Source of the DNA: an uncultured Collinsella sp.
GTDB lineage: Bacteria > Actinomycetota > Coriobacteriia > Coriobacteriales > Coriobacteriaceae
Direction of reading: 5' to 3'
NCBI GenBank assembly: GCA_937980385.1
Contig: CALJPV010000005.1
Span: 87,429-151,428 of the forward strand
Length of the DNA: 64,000 bases
Part shown: one piece after another, positions 1 to 9,503 of the stretch
How positions within the stretch are numbered: the first letter of the stretch is position 1
How the letters are laid out: every line of letters begins with the position of its first letter
Made by a program: the position numbers and the translations under genes
The notes under the pieces: generated by a model
What the model saw: only the letters and a program-made list of their open reading frames with translations
Told to the model about the DNA's origin: nothing
The model's database searches: none

Positions 1-1
1 C

Positions 2-751
2 GCGCTCGCGGCTGGCTACGAGCACATCGACACCGCCAACGCCTACATGAACGAGCGCGCCGTGGGCCGTGCCATCGCCAAGAGCGGCATCGCGCGCGAC
101 AAGATCTTCGTCTCCACCAAGCTCTGGCCGAGCGTCTACGACGCGGGCATGCCGGCGGTGGACGCCACACTCCAGCGCCTGGGGCTCGACTACGTCGACA
201 TGCTCATCCTGCACCAGCCGGTAGGCGACTACCTGGTCGCGTGGCGCACGATGGAGGAGGCGTACCGCGCGGGCAAGGTGCGCGCCCTCGGCCTCTCCAA
301 CTTCCCGCAAGACAAGATCGCCGAGGTCATCGAGGTCGCCGACATCAAGCCGCAGCTCGTGACCGTTGAGTGCCACCCCTACCACGCCCAGCGCGACCTG
401 CGCGCCTACCTCGCGCCGTACGGCACGGTGATCGAGGCGTGGTACCCACTCGGCCACGGCGACAAAGGTCTTCTGGAGGAGCCCGTCTTCGTCGCTCTCG
501 CCGAGAAGTACGGCAAGACCCCGGCCCAGGTGATCCTGCGCTGGCACGTGCAGATGGGCACCTCCATCATCCCCGGCTCCAAGAACCCCGCCCACATCGC
601 CGACAACGCGAACATCTTCGACTTCTCCCTCACCGAAGACGAGATGGCCGAGATTGCCAAGCACGACGGGACCATGACCTACTACACCGCCACCGAGGAG
701 GCACTCGCGGGCTACCTGGCCATACGCCCCGATTTCGACGCGCAGGAGTAG
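2..751 (+). CDS. aldo/keto reductase (2,5-diketo-D-gluconate reductase-like), 5' partial at window edge
   Basis: Frame open from nt 2 (ALAAGYEHIDTANAYMNERAVG...); AKR motifs (LWPSVYD, IPGSKNPAHI, dimer-type short AKR); stop at 751. Confidence 0.85.
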   Translation, partial: ALAAGYEHIDTANAYMNERAVGRAIAKSGIARDKIFVSTKLWPSVYDAGMPAVDATLQRLGLDYVDMLILHQPVGDYLVAWRTMEEAYRAGKVRALGLSNFPQDKIAEVIEVADIKPQLVTVECHPYHAQRDLRAYLAPYGTVIEAWYPLGHGDKGLLEEPVFVALAEKYGKTPAQVILRWHVQMGTSIIPGSKNPAHIADNANIFDFSLTEDEMAEIAKHDGTMTYYTATEEALAGYLAIRPDFDAQE

Positions 752-797
752 CGCTCAGACGATAACGGACCAACCAAGCCAACGAAGGAGATGCCCC

Positions 798-1424
798 ATG
801 ACCGCAAACCCGACCGTGACCAGAAGAAACTTCCTGCTCGGAGCCGCGCTGTGCGCAACGATGCTCTCCGGTTGCAGCCAGGGTGACGGCGGCCAAGCCG
901 CCGTCGAGGACGAGCCCGCCGCCGCGCCCGCTGCAGGCGGCAACGTCCTCGTGGCCTACTACTCGGCACAGGGCCACACCGCTGCCGTAGCTCAGACGAT
1001 CGCCGACGAGCTCGACGCCGACCTCTTTAAGGTGACGCCTACGGAGCCCTACTCCGACGATGACCTCAACTGGACCGACGACAGTAGCCGCGTGACCCGC
1101 GAGCACGAGGACGAGAGCCTGCGCGACGTCGAGCTTACGCAAGTCACGCAGAACGGCTGGGAGAACTACAACACCGTGCTCGTGGGGTATCCCATCTGGT
1201 GGGGCATCGCGGCCTGGCCCATCGACAACTTCATCTCAGGCAACGACTGGGACGGCAAGACGGTGATCCCGTTCTGTACCTCTTCCTCCTCGGGTCTTGG
1301 CCAGAGCGGCGAGCTACTCGCCGAGGCCGCGGACAGCGGAGAGTGGCAGGAGGGTCAGCGCTTCTCGTCCAGTGCGAACGAGTCTGGGGTTCGTGATTGG
1401 GTCGCCGGTCTCGGCCTGGCATAA
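798..1424 (+). CDS. flavodoxin-family lipoprotein with twin-arginine (Tat) signal
   Basis: AAGGAG RBS 8 nt upstream; N-term TRRNFLLGAA (Tat motif) plus lipobox LSGC; mature part has flavodoxin FMN-binding features (VLVAYYSAQGHTAAVAQ...GYPIWWG). Confidence 0.8.
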   Translation: MTANPTVTRRNFLLGAALCATMLSGCSQGDGGQAAVEDEPAAAPAAGGNVLVAYYSAQGHTAAVAQTIADELDADLFKVTPTEPYSDDDLNWTDDSSRVTREHEDESLRDVELTQVTQNGWENYNTVLVGYPIWWGIAAWPIDNFISGNDWDGKTVIPFCTSSSSGLGQSGELLAEAADSGEWQEGQRFSSSANESGVRDWVAGLGLA

Positions 1425-1442
1425 GCAATTGGAAATGGCAGA

Positions 1443-1811
1443 CCGCCGACAATCTGGGAGTTTCGAACGATCTCATACTTCACCGGAACGGGCAACTGCC
1501 TCTACGTGGCGCGAGAGCTGGCCGCGGAGGGCGAGAGGGTCCTGAGCATCCCGCAGGAGCTGCGCCGCGTAGGCGAGCTCGCCTACGCGGACGATGCGAT
1601 CGGCATCGTGTACCCCATCTACGGGCACATGATGCCCGACTGGCTGCATCGCGCTCGAGGGCGGCAAGGCTGCCCGCGGCGGCCAACCACGCGGCAGCCT
1701 CCAAAAACGAACGGCGCGACATCATCGCCGCACTCGATAGACGAGGTGGAGGCCGTCGCCGGCAAGGCGCTCGACGCGCTCGAGCGAGAATGCGTGCGGA
1801 CCGCCGGCTGA
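1443..1811 (+). pseudogene. remnant of EFR1-like flavodoxin gene (N-terminal ~55 codons only, no start codon)
   Basis: Frame reads ISYFTGTGNCLYVARELAAEGERVLSIPQ...YADDAIGIVYPIYGHMMPDW typical of flavodoxin N-terminus, then degenerates into GC-rich non-protein-like sequence; in-frame stop immediately upstream, no ATG. Confidence 0.3.
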
Positions 1812-2429
1812 GCGAGGCATCTCGTCGAAGACGGAAGCCGTTTCGGGCTCCCCCGAGACCGTCGGGGAGAGAACGAGGCTCAGCTCGTCAAGCACGCCCG
1901 CGGCAAGAAACGACATGTCCGTCTTTCCGCCGCCGCACACGAGCAGGCGCTCGATGCCAAAAAGCTCGCGCAGCTTGCGCAGGGCGAGCGGGAGGTCTAG
2001 CCTGCGCGAGCCGGCAAGCACGTATGAGACGCCGCGCTCTCGCAGATAGTCGCGATACGCCGGCGACGCCGCCTCGGTGAGGATCTCGATGACGTGCGCG
2101 TCCGCACGGCCGGCGCGACGATAGGTCGCAGACTCCCATGCAATCTCCCCGGCGGGGTCGACGGAGACGTAGAACGATCGTTCGGCGTGAGGCGCCACAA
2201 AGTCCCCCTTGGGCGCGCTCCCGTGGGTATCGAGCGCAAGGGGGCGCGACCCGACGAAGCCCTTCGTGGTCACGGCCCCGTACGCCACGGCGTCCGCCCC
2301 GAACTCGACCTGCATGCGAGAGTACGCGGCGCGTGCGGGCGAGGCGGCGGGGTCGAACATGTACGCGCCGTCGATACGCCCGTTGAGCCCGGCAAAGACG
2401 TGGCAGACGACATAGGGTCTCATGTTCAT
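1722..2429 (-). CDS. RibD C-terminal domain / dihydrofolate reductase family protein
   Basis: 235 aa; GLNGRIDG...LLVCGGG motif pattern typical of RibD_C/DHFR-like reductases; SD-like GGTAGGGAG upstream. Confidence 0.7.
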   Translation of the reverse strand: MNMRPYVVCHVFAGLNGRIDGAYMFDPAASPARAAYSRMQVEFGADAVAYGAVTTKGFVGSRPLALDTHGSAPKGDFVAPHAERSFYVSVDPAGEIAWESATYRRAGRADAHVIEILTEAASPAYRDYLRERGVSYVLAGSRRLDLPLALRKLRELFGIERLLVCGGGKTDMSFLAAGVLDELSLVLSPTVSGEPETASVFDEMPRSAGGPHAFSLERVERLAGDGLHLVYRVRR

Positions 2430-2435
2430 GGCTCC

Positions 2436-3425
2436 CTACCTTACCGCGTGCCCGCCGAAGACCATGAGGTCGAGTCCGTTGAGCAGCCCGTCGATCTTGG
2501 CAACTTCATCGTCGGTGAGCCCGACCTCGGCGGCGCCGAGGTTCTCGAGCAGTCGTTCGGGCTTGCGACTGCCCGGGATGGGGATGATATAGGGCTTCTT
2601 CTCGAGCATCCAGGAAAGGGAGACCTGTGCGGGCGTCGCCGCGTGCAGCTCAGCCAGCTCGCGAACGAACCGCATGATGGGCTCGGCGCGCCTTTCGCCT
2701 TCCTCTGTGTACTGCGGCATGCCATCGCGGTAGTCTTGAGCGCCCTCGAATCTGGTGTTGTGGCTGTACGCGCCCGTCAGAAAGCCGTTCGCCATGGGAG
2801 AGAATGCCACGAGGGCGACATTCAGCTCCTCGAGCACGGGGAACAGGGATTCGTTCCAGCGCGCCATCATGGAGTAGCGGTTCTGGACGGCGGAGACGGG
2901 GCACACCGCATCGGCGCGACGCAGGTACTCCTCCGTCGCCTCGGAGATTCCCCAGGCGCGGATCTTACCTTCCTTGATGAGGTCTGCCATGGTGCCTGCA
3001 ACGACCTCGGGGTCAACCTTTGGGTCGATTCGGTGCTGGTAGTAGAGGTCGATGTGGTCGGTGCGCAGCCGGCGCAGGCTCTTCTCCACCGAGATACGGA
3101 TAACCTCGGGGCGCGAGTCCACGAGGATGGTCTTGTCCGGGGCGTGCGTGACGCCGAACTTGGTGGCAATGACAACCTCGTCGCGCACGGGCGCGAGCGC
3201 CTTGCCCACCACGTCCTCGTTGTGCGCCTCGGTCCCGTCGGCGCACGTACCAACGTAGCACTCCGCCGTGTCAAAGAAGGTATAGCCCATCTCGTGGGCC
3301 TGACGGACGACGCTCACAGCCTCGTCGTCGGGCATCGGGTCTCCGCTCGCGTGCGTGATTCCCATGCAGCCCATGCCGAGCGGGCTGACTTCGATGCCGC
3401 TCTTTCCCAAAACGCGCTTGTCCAT
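2436..3425 (-). CDS. aldo/keto reductase (Tas/YajO-like, ~330 aa class)
   Basis: MDKRVLGKSGIEVSPLGMGCMG... classic AKR N-terminus, 329 aa. Confidence 0.85.
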   Translation of the reverse strand: MDKRVLGKSGIEVSPLGMGCMGITHASGDPMPDDEAVSVVRQAHEMGYTFFDTAECYVGTCADGTEAHNEDVVGKALAPVRDEVVIATKFGVTHAPDKTILVDSRPEVIRISVEKSLRRLRTDHIDLYYQHRIDPKVDPEVVAGTMADLIKEGKIRAWGISEATEEYLRRADAVCPVSAVQNRYSMMARWNESLFPVLEELNVALVAFSPMANGFLTGAYSHNTRFEGAQDYRDGMPQYTEEGERRAEPIMRFVRELAELHAATPAQVSLSWMLEKKPYIIPIPGSRKPERLLENLGAAEVGLTDDEVAKIDGLLNGLDLMVFGGHAVR

Positions 3426-3712
3426 TCCTGTTCTCCCTGTCTATGATATTCGTCATTTGTTTGCAAAGTCCACGTCCGCCCGTTCATCGAACTCCGTTAG
3501 GCACATCTCCTGTCGGTGGCTTGTGCTCCTTCATCGCCAAGCGTACGACCGCGAAGCGCTCGGCGGAATCCCCCTTTGGTGCGATGCCCTGAACCCGTGG
3601 GTTATAACCCCGTGCGCACCCCAGCGTTATAGAACCCTCACCAACGGAAACTTCCGCCGGCGCGGCGCCCCTCGTATGGTGGATACGTCAAGTTGCGAGA
3701 AAGGAAGGCACC

Positions 3713-4564
3713 ATGGACTACATCACCTTGAACAACGGCGTCAGGATGCCGCAGCTCGGCTTCGGCGTGTACCAGATCCCGGACGCCGCGGGATGCCAGC
3801 GCGCCGTGGAGGACGCGCTCTCGGTCGGCTACCGGCTGCTCGACACGGCCGCGAGCTACGGCAACGAAGAGGCGGTCGGGGCCGCCATTCGTGCGAGCGG
3901 CCTGCCGCGCGACGAGGTGTTCGTGACGACCAAGCTGTGGATGTCAGATGTGAGCTACGAGGGGGCCAAGCGCGGCTTCGACGCGTCGCTCAAGCGGCTG
4001 GGGCTCGACTACGTCGATCTCTACCTCATCCATCAGCCGTTCGGCGACGTCTTCGGCGCGTGGCGCGCCATGGAGGAGCTCTACGAGCAGGGCGTTATCC
4101 GCGCCATAGGCACAGCTAACTTCTACCCCGATCACCTCGCAAACCTCATCTCGTTCAACCGCATCGCCCCCGCCGTGAACCAAGTCGAGTGCAACGTGTT
4201 CTTCCAGCAGCGCGAGGCGCAGGAGTACATGGCCGGCAAGGAGGTGGCCATGGAGGGTTGGGCGCCCTTTGCGGAGGGCAGAAACGACCTCTTCCGCAAC
4301 GAGGTCCTCGCTCGCATCGGCGAGGCGCACGGCAAGACGGTCGCCCAGGTCGTGTTGCGCTGGCTGCTGCAGCGCGGTGTGGTCTGCATCCCTAAGAGCA
4401 CGCACCGCGATCGCATGGAGCAGAACTTCGACGTCTTCGACTTCGCGCTGGGCGACGACGAGATGGTCGCCATCGCCGCGCTCGACACCGGGCGCAGCGC
4501 GTTCTTCGACCACCACGACCCCGCCACCATCGAATGGATGTCCGGGCTCGTGCGCAACGTGTAG
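3713..4564 (+). CDS. aldo/keto reductase (DkgA-like)
   Basis: AAGGAAGG RBS; [21 protein letters not shown]..., 283 aa, paralogue of the gene at 2-751. Confidence 0.85.
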   Translation: MDYITLNNGVRMPQLGFGVYQIPDAAGCQRAVEDALSVGYRLLDTAASYGNEEAVGAAIRASGLPRDEVFVTTKLWMSDVSYEGAKRGFDASLKRLGLDYVDLYLIHQPFGDVFGAWRAMEELYEQGVIRAIGTANFYPDHLANLISFNRIAPAVNQVECNVFFQQREAQEYMAGKEVAMEGWAPFAEGRNDLFRNEVLARIGEAHGKTVAQVVLRWLLQRGVVCIPKSTHRDRMEQNFDVFDFALGDDEMVAIAALDTGRSAFFDHHDPATIEWMSGLVRNV

Positions 4565-4607
4565 ACGAGCGTCAGACCGCACTGATAACTTACTAGGAGG
4601 AATTGCC

Positions 4608-5771
4608 ATGAACTCATTCACGTACGACTACCCGGTCAGGAACTACTTCGGCGAGGGGGCCATGGACCAGGCACTCGACGCCGAGATGGGTGCCATGGGC
4701 AAGACAGTGATGCTCGCCTACGGCGGAGGCTCGGTCAAACGAACCGGCGTCTACGGCCACGTGGTCGATAAACTCACGAGCGCGGGCAAGCGCGTGGTGG
4801 ACTTCGGCGGCATCATGCCCAATCCGACCTACGAGAAGTGCCAGGAAGGCGCCGCGCTCGCACGCGAGGAGCAGGTCGACTTCATTCTCGCCGTCGGCGG
4901 CGGGTCGGTCTTCGACTGCTGCAAGGTGGTCTCCGCACAGGCGATGCTTGACGACGACATCGAGACGTTCGAGCACGCCGACGGCAAGATACCGAGCTCG
5001 TTCATCCCCATGGGCTGCATCGTGACGCTCTCCGGCACGGGCGCCGAGCAGAACAACGGCGCCGTCATCACCAACGAGGAGACGCACGTGAAGGGTGCCT
5101 ATCTGGGGGCGATACCCATGTGGGCGGCGCTCGACCCGGCACTCACGCTCACCGTACCGCACGCGCAGTTCATGAGCGGCGCGTTCGACACGCTCTCGCA
5201 CTGCATGGAGAGCTATTTCGGAAGCCCGCGCGGACGCAACGTCACCGACGACATCAACCTCACCATCCAACGTAACGTCATCCGCAACATGCGGATCGTC
5301 GCGGACGACGACCAGAACCTCGATGCCAGAAGCGAGCTCGTATACGACTCCGCCATGGCCGAGAACGGCGTGCTCAAGATCGGCAAGTCAACGGACTTCC
5401 AGGCGCACATGATCCAGCACCAGTACGGCGCGTACACCCACACCAACCACGGAATGGGCCTCGCGGTCATCCACCCTGCGCTCTACCGCCACCTGGCCCC
5501 CGAGGCGCCCGCGCAGTTCGCCCGCTGGGCGCGCGAGGTGTGGGACGTCGACGCCAAGGGCAAAGACGACCTTACGGTGGCGCTCGAGGGCATCGACCGC
5601 CTGCAGACGTTCATCGGCGAGATGGGGCTTCCCACGAGCTTCGCCGAGATGGGCTCCGACGCGTCCGACGAGACGCTGCACAAGGTTGCGGACACCTGCG
5701 TGCTCACCGGCGGCTGCGCCAAGAAACTGGAGCGCAGCGAGGTGTTCCAGATTCTGACCGAGTGCCTCTAG
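4608..5771 (+). CDS. iron-containing alcohol dehydrogenase (YqhD/butanol DH-like)
   Basis: AGGAGG RBS at 4595-4600, ATG 4608 (ORF track start 4269 is an upstream extension); MNSFTYDYPVRNYFGEGA..., Fe-ADH family features, 387 aa. Confidence 0.85.
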   Translation: MNSFTYDYPVRNYFGEGAMDQALDAEMGAMGKTVMLAYGGGSVKRTGVYGHVVDKLTSAGKRVVDFGGIMPNPTYEKCQEGAALAREEQVDFILAVGGGSVFDCCKVVSAQAMLDDDIETFEHADGKIPSSFIPMGCIVTLSGTGAEQNNGAVITNEETHVKGAYLGAIPMWAALDPALTLTVPHAQFMSGAFDTLSHCMESYFGSPRGRNVTDDINLTIQRNVIRNMRIVADDDQNLDARSELVYDSAMAENGVLKIGKSTDFQAHMIQHQYGAYTHTNHGMGLAVIHPALYRHLAPEAPAQFARWAREVWDVDAKGKDDLTVALEGIDRLQTFIGEMGLPTSFAEMGSDASDETLHKVADTCVLTGGCAKKLERSEVFQILTECL

Positions 5772-5811
5772 ATCGGCGGGGGTCCCGATCAGCCCGCGCC
5801 GAAGGAAACAG

Positions 5812-5851
5812 GAAGGCTCCTCGTTTTTCCCGAGGAGCCTTCTGAGTTTTT
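5812..5851 (+). terminator. rho-independent terminator after Fe-ADH
   Basis: GAAGGCTCCTCG/CGAGGAGCCTTC stem followed by TGAGTTTTTG. Confidence 0.7.
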
Positions 5852-6285
5852 GCCCGATTGTGAAACCATGTGGCTTGCAGGTGCGGCGGTTCCGAAACGT
5901 CCCCATCGGTCGCCATCGGACCGTACGAAACCGTATGAAATACAAGAACAAGTGTTCTATTACTATTCCCGCTTAGTGACTAATCCAATCCGAGTGTTGT
6001 CGATGCGTGTCGCGTCGTACCGCCTAAGGACTGATTCGTGCGCAATTTGGGCGAATCAGGCCCTTGATTCCCGATTTCGGGAATGACCCAATTGATTCGC
6101 GAAACCGCAGGTCGCTTCTTTAATCAATCCCGGGTTTCCACCGGGATTCGTAGCGAGTGGCTTGAAAAGGAGTGATTCAAAGGGTCGGAGAGATGCGTCT
6201 TGGCCAAGAAATAAGGTTAGCCTTATCTTACTGCATGATTCGTGTGTTATAGTTAGATGGCTCTAACTGTTTGGGGGCGATAGCC

Positions 6286-6915
6286 ATGCACGAACGCAAG
6301 GGCTTCTGGGACAAGAATGCCGGTCGATACGACCGTTTCATGCGAAACGACCGGGCGGCGTATGAGAAGATGTATGGGCTGATCCGGCCGGTTGTGAAAG
6401 CAAAAACCGTGCTGGAGGTTGCCACCGGCACGGGGCTTATCGCAAAGAACATTGTGAATGCGGCGGCGCATATCGAGGCTACGGACGCTTCTGCAAAGAT
6501 GATCCTTGAAGCAAAGCGGGACAATCAATCCGCAAAGCTGCACTTTTCCGTACAAGATATGTTCCGCCTGCCCTATGCACAGAAGTCCTTCGAAGTGGTG
6601 ATCGCGTCCAACGCGCTTCACATAGTGCCGCATCCGGAAAAGGCACTGCAAGAAATCAGGCGGGTACTGAAGGACGACGGCGTGCTCATCGCGCCAACCT
6701 TCACCCACGCGGGGAACTCGGTTTCCGGCAAGGCAAAAGCCTTTTTCATGAGTATGGCGGGATTCCCCCTCCACAGCAGGTGGACAAGCGAGGAATACCT
6801 ACGTTTCCTGCGTCAAAACGGCTGGGCGGTGCAGAAAAGCGCGGTGCTGAAGGCCTCGTTCCCGTTGACCTATGCGGAATGCACGAAATCGGAGGGGCCA
6901 GATGTCGTTCTTTGA
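6286..6915 (+). CDS. class I SAM-dependent methyltransferase (Methyltransf_11-like)
   Basis: LEVATGTGLIAKNI glycine-rich SAM motif; 210 aa; GC noticeably lower than flanks. Confidence 0.8.
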   Translation: MHERKGFWDKNAGRYDRFMRNDRAAYEKMYGLIRPVVKAKTVLEVATGTGLIAKNIVNAAAHIEATDASAKMILEAKRDNQSAKLHFSVQDMFRLPYAQKSFEVVIASNALHIVPHPEKALQEIRRVLKDDGVLIAPTFTHAGNSVSGKAKAFFMSMAGFPLHSRWTSEEYLRFLRQNGWAVQKSAVLKASFPLTYAECTKSEGPDVVL

Positions 6916-7507
6916 AAACACCCGCAAGCCCGTGGGCCTCGGCGGAAAACTTATGGTTGCCATGATGAATCTGGGCCACAGCCCTGTGGCGCGGTGGGGA
7001 CTTCGATTTCTACAACTTGCGCCAAATGCCAAGGTGCTGGATTGCGGCTGCGGCGGCGGGGCGAACATAAAACGGCTGCTGAAAAAATGCCCGCATGGCG
7101 TCGTCAAGGGCATCGACTATTCACCCGTCAGCGTGGAGAAGACTAGAAAGCTCAACCGAATTGCAATTCAGGAGGGGCGTTGCGCCGTTCTGCAAGGCAG
7201 TGTGGCGGATATGGTGTTTGAGGATAGCTATTTCGATGCCGCCACGGCCTTTGAGACCGTCTATTTTTGGCCTGATTTGCCCCGATGCTTCCGTGAGGTC
7301 TGGCGGACGCTGAAGCCAGGCGGGACAATTCTTATCTGCAACGAGAGCAATGGCGATACGGACATGGACGAGAGGTGGACGCAAATCATCGGCGGCATGA
7401 CCATCTACAAGGACATCGAATTAAAGGCATGTCTGGAGCAGGCGGGTTTTAACGAGGTGCAGATACACAAAAAGAAAAAGTGGCTCTGCGTCACGGCGCG
7501 GAAGTAA
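6902..7507 (+). CDS. class I SAM-dependent methyltransferase
   Basis: GGAGGGG RBS; starts MSFFEN overlapping upstream gene by 14 nt; VLDCGCGGGANI motif; 202 aa. Confidence 0.8.
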   Translation: MSFFENTRKPVGLGGKLMVAMMNLGHSPVARWGLRFLQLAPNAKVLDCGCGGGANIKRLLKKCPHGVVKGIDYSPVSVEKTRKLNRIAIQEGRCAVLQGSVADMVFEDSYFDAATAFETVYFWPDLPRCFREVWRTLKPGGTILICNESNGDTDMDERWTQIIGGMTIYKDIELKACLEQAGFNEVQIHKKKKWLCVTARK

Positions 7508-7622
7508 GGGCATCAAGCACGGGTATTTTTGCATCCATCCTGCACATAGCGATAGGCATGACGGTCATAGCGGCTGTGCTGGCGGCAATTGTGACAGTTT
7601 TTATTCACTGAGGAAGAAACCT

Positions 7623-8453
7623 ATGAAATGTAAAATTGAGAAAAACACCGTTCAGGAGACGCTGATCCTCCCGCTGTATTCCCGGAAGCTGTGTACGGAG
7701 CTGTACCCGAACCTTTATAGGGATGAAACAGCGGTTCGTCTGCTCGACCAAATCGACTACGACTTTTCAGAGGCAGAGAAAAACTCCCGCAGCCTGATGC
7801 AGCGCTTTGGTGCGCTGGAGGTGGCCGCACGGCAGAGTGATCTTGCTTTCGAGGTGCGGGATTACCTGAAAGGCCACCCCAATGCGGCGGTGGTCAATCT
7901 GGGCTGCGGGCTGGACAACACCGGCAGAACCTGCGACAACGGTAGATGCAAGATCTACAATCTGGACTACCCGGATGTGATTGCCTTGCGGCAGCAGCTA
8001 CTGCCCGCCGGGGATCGAGAACAAAATATCCCCTGCGACCTGAAAGACACCGCATGGTTTAGCAAAATCGATACCTCCGGCGGGGCGGTGTTCTTTGCCT
8101 CCGGGGTGTTCTATTACTTTCTGACCCAGCAGGTCCGGGAACTGGTGCGGGGGATGGCGGACGCTTTCCCCGGCAGTGTGCTGGTCTTTGATGCTGCCAA
8201 TCGGACGGCAGTAAAGATGATCGCAAAAACATGGCTTAAGACTGCAAAAATCAAGGATGTGGGGGCATATTTTGCGGTTTCGAATGCCGCCAAGGAAATC
8301 GGCACGTGGGACAGCCGTCTGCAGGTCACAAGTCGCGGCTATATGCTGGGTTACAACGATTTGAGAGACCCTTCTGTCAGCGGCTTTTTCCGGTTTCTCG
8401 CAAGGGTCGGTGACAACGGGATGAAAATGCAAATCGTGAAAATAAGATTTTGA
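7623..8453 (+). CDS. class I SAM-dependent O-methyltransferase (TcmP / leucine carboxyl methyltransferase-like)
   Basis: GAGGAAG RBS; VVNLGCGLDNTG motif and overall LCM-family layout; 276 aa. Confidence 0.75.
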   Translation: MKCKIEKNTVQETLILPLYSRKLCTELYPNLYRDETAVRLLDQIDYDFSEAEKNSRSLMQRFGALEVAARQSDLAFEVRDYLKGHPNAAVVNLGCGLDNTGRTCDNGRCKIYNLDYPDVIALRQQLLPAGDREQNIPCDLKDTAWFSKIDTSGGAVFFASGVFYYFLTQQVRELVRGMADAFPGSVLVFDAANRTAVKMIAKTWLKTAKIKDVGAYFAVSNAAKEIGTWDSRLQVTSRGYMLGYNDLRDPSVSGFFRFLARVGDNGMKMQIVKIRF

Positions 8454-8541
8454 GAGGAAAAAAATGAAGCGCATTCACTTTGACGTTGGAGAAGACGGCT
8501 TTTACGGCGCATATTGGGCGTGCAAGGACACACATACAGCA

Positions 8542-8598
8542 GCGGGCACGGATTCGATTGAAACCGTGCCCGCTATCTTATGCTATATTATTTTTTCG
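8542..8598 (+). terminator. rho-independent terminator after methyltransferase trio
   Basis: GCGGGCACGG...CCGTGCCCGC hairpin followed by T-rich tract. Confidence 0.65.
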
Positions 8599-8608
8599 AA
8601 CGTCTGTT

Positions 8609-9284
8609 CTACTCCCACTCGATAACAAGATCCGCAGGTAGAAGTGTAGTCCAGTTATTTGCACCACAAATTAACAGGCGTTTCTTCAACTGAATTTGGT
8701 CCTCATTTGGTCCCCACGCATAAAACGGAAAGGCCGATTCAAGATCTTTAATCAACTGGATCGTCCTTTGGTGGACATTTGACCCAACGATATTTCTCAT
8801 CGTCAAGGCGCGCGGCCAACTCATGGCGATCTCTATAGCGCAATGCTATAGGTTTAGGGAAAAGATCGTCTTTTACGGAAGCAATCAACTCGTGAGGCGC
8901 ATTGTTGTCTATCAGCGAAATCATTGCAAGGACATATCCGCTATAAAGACCGTCCACATAACCCGTTTGGTGCAAATTTTCAATAAGTAAATCATTTGGC
9001 AAGCCGCCATATCCACTTGGCAGTAAGCCTTCTTCTACGAGCTGAGAAGACCATAGGGAGATGATCTCATCCTCGTCTTTCTTGCTAAGTTTTCCTAGAA
9101 TATCATCAATATCGATGCCCTGAACTTTATCGTTAAGGTATGCGAACAAGATCCGAATGAGGGTCTTGACCATCGAAGACAACTCGCGATTGATTTCTTT
9201 CTTTACCTCATTAGCGACTCCGTCGCCCAATTTTGTTTCTTTATTCATATCCTTTACCCTTCCTAGCGGCATGTCCCGAAGCAT
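8609..9284 (-). CDS. low-GC hypothetical protein, apparently split by a frameshift (ORFs 8748-9284 and 8609-8824 overlap in different frames)
   Basis: Two protein-like AT-rich ORFs (178 aa and 71 aa) overlapping by 77 nt in different frames; no recognisable domain; lies between the methyltransferases and res. Confidence 0.4.
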
Positions 9285-9503
9285 ATGCTCCGACTCGTCA
9301 ACAAAGGAAGCGCTTGCTAAGCAAACGCATACCCCTTCTTGAAACGCTCGTCGAAGGGGCAGAAATCGCTATAAAAATGGCCGTCAATAAGCTGTGAACC
9401 GTTCGGTTGACGTATCGACCGCCTTGATTCCTCGTTTTTCTCCTTTGTTGTTTTGTGTAGCCCTAAACTGAGCACACTTCGGAGTCGGTATCCAATCAAT
9501 CTT

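Noticed and set aside
1397-2080. 227-aa ORF rich in Arg/Ala
   Set aside because: Overlaps the RibD_C gene on the opposite strand; composition typical of wrong-frame high-GC reading.
2094-3446. 450-aa + strand ORF
   Set aside because: Antisense to the 2436-3425 AKR gene, Arg/Gly/Ala-rich high-GC artefact with no domain.
4269-4607. N-terminal extension of Fe-ADH ORF
   Set aside because: Overlaps the upstream AKR gene end; a strong AGGAGG RBS precedes ATG 4608.
8464-8607. 47-codon ORF with good RBS after methyltransferase 3
   Set aside because: The terminator hairpin lies inside it and the peptide is hydrophobic low-complexity; likely non-coding.
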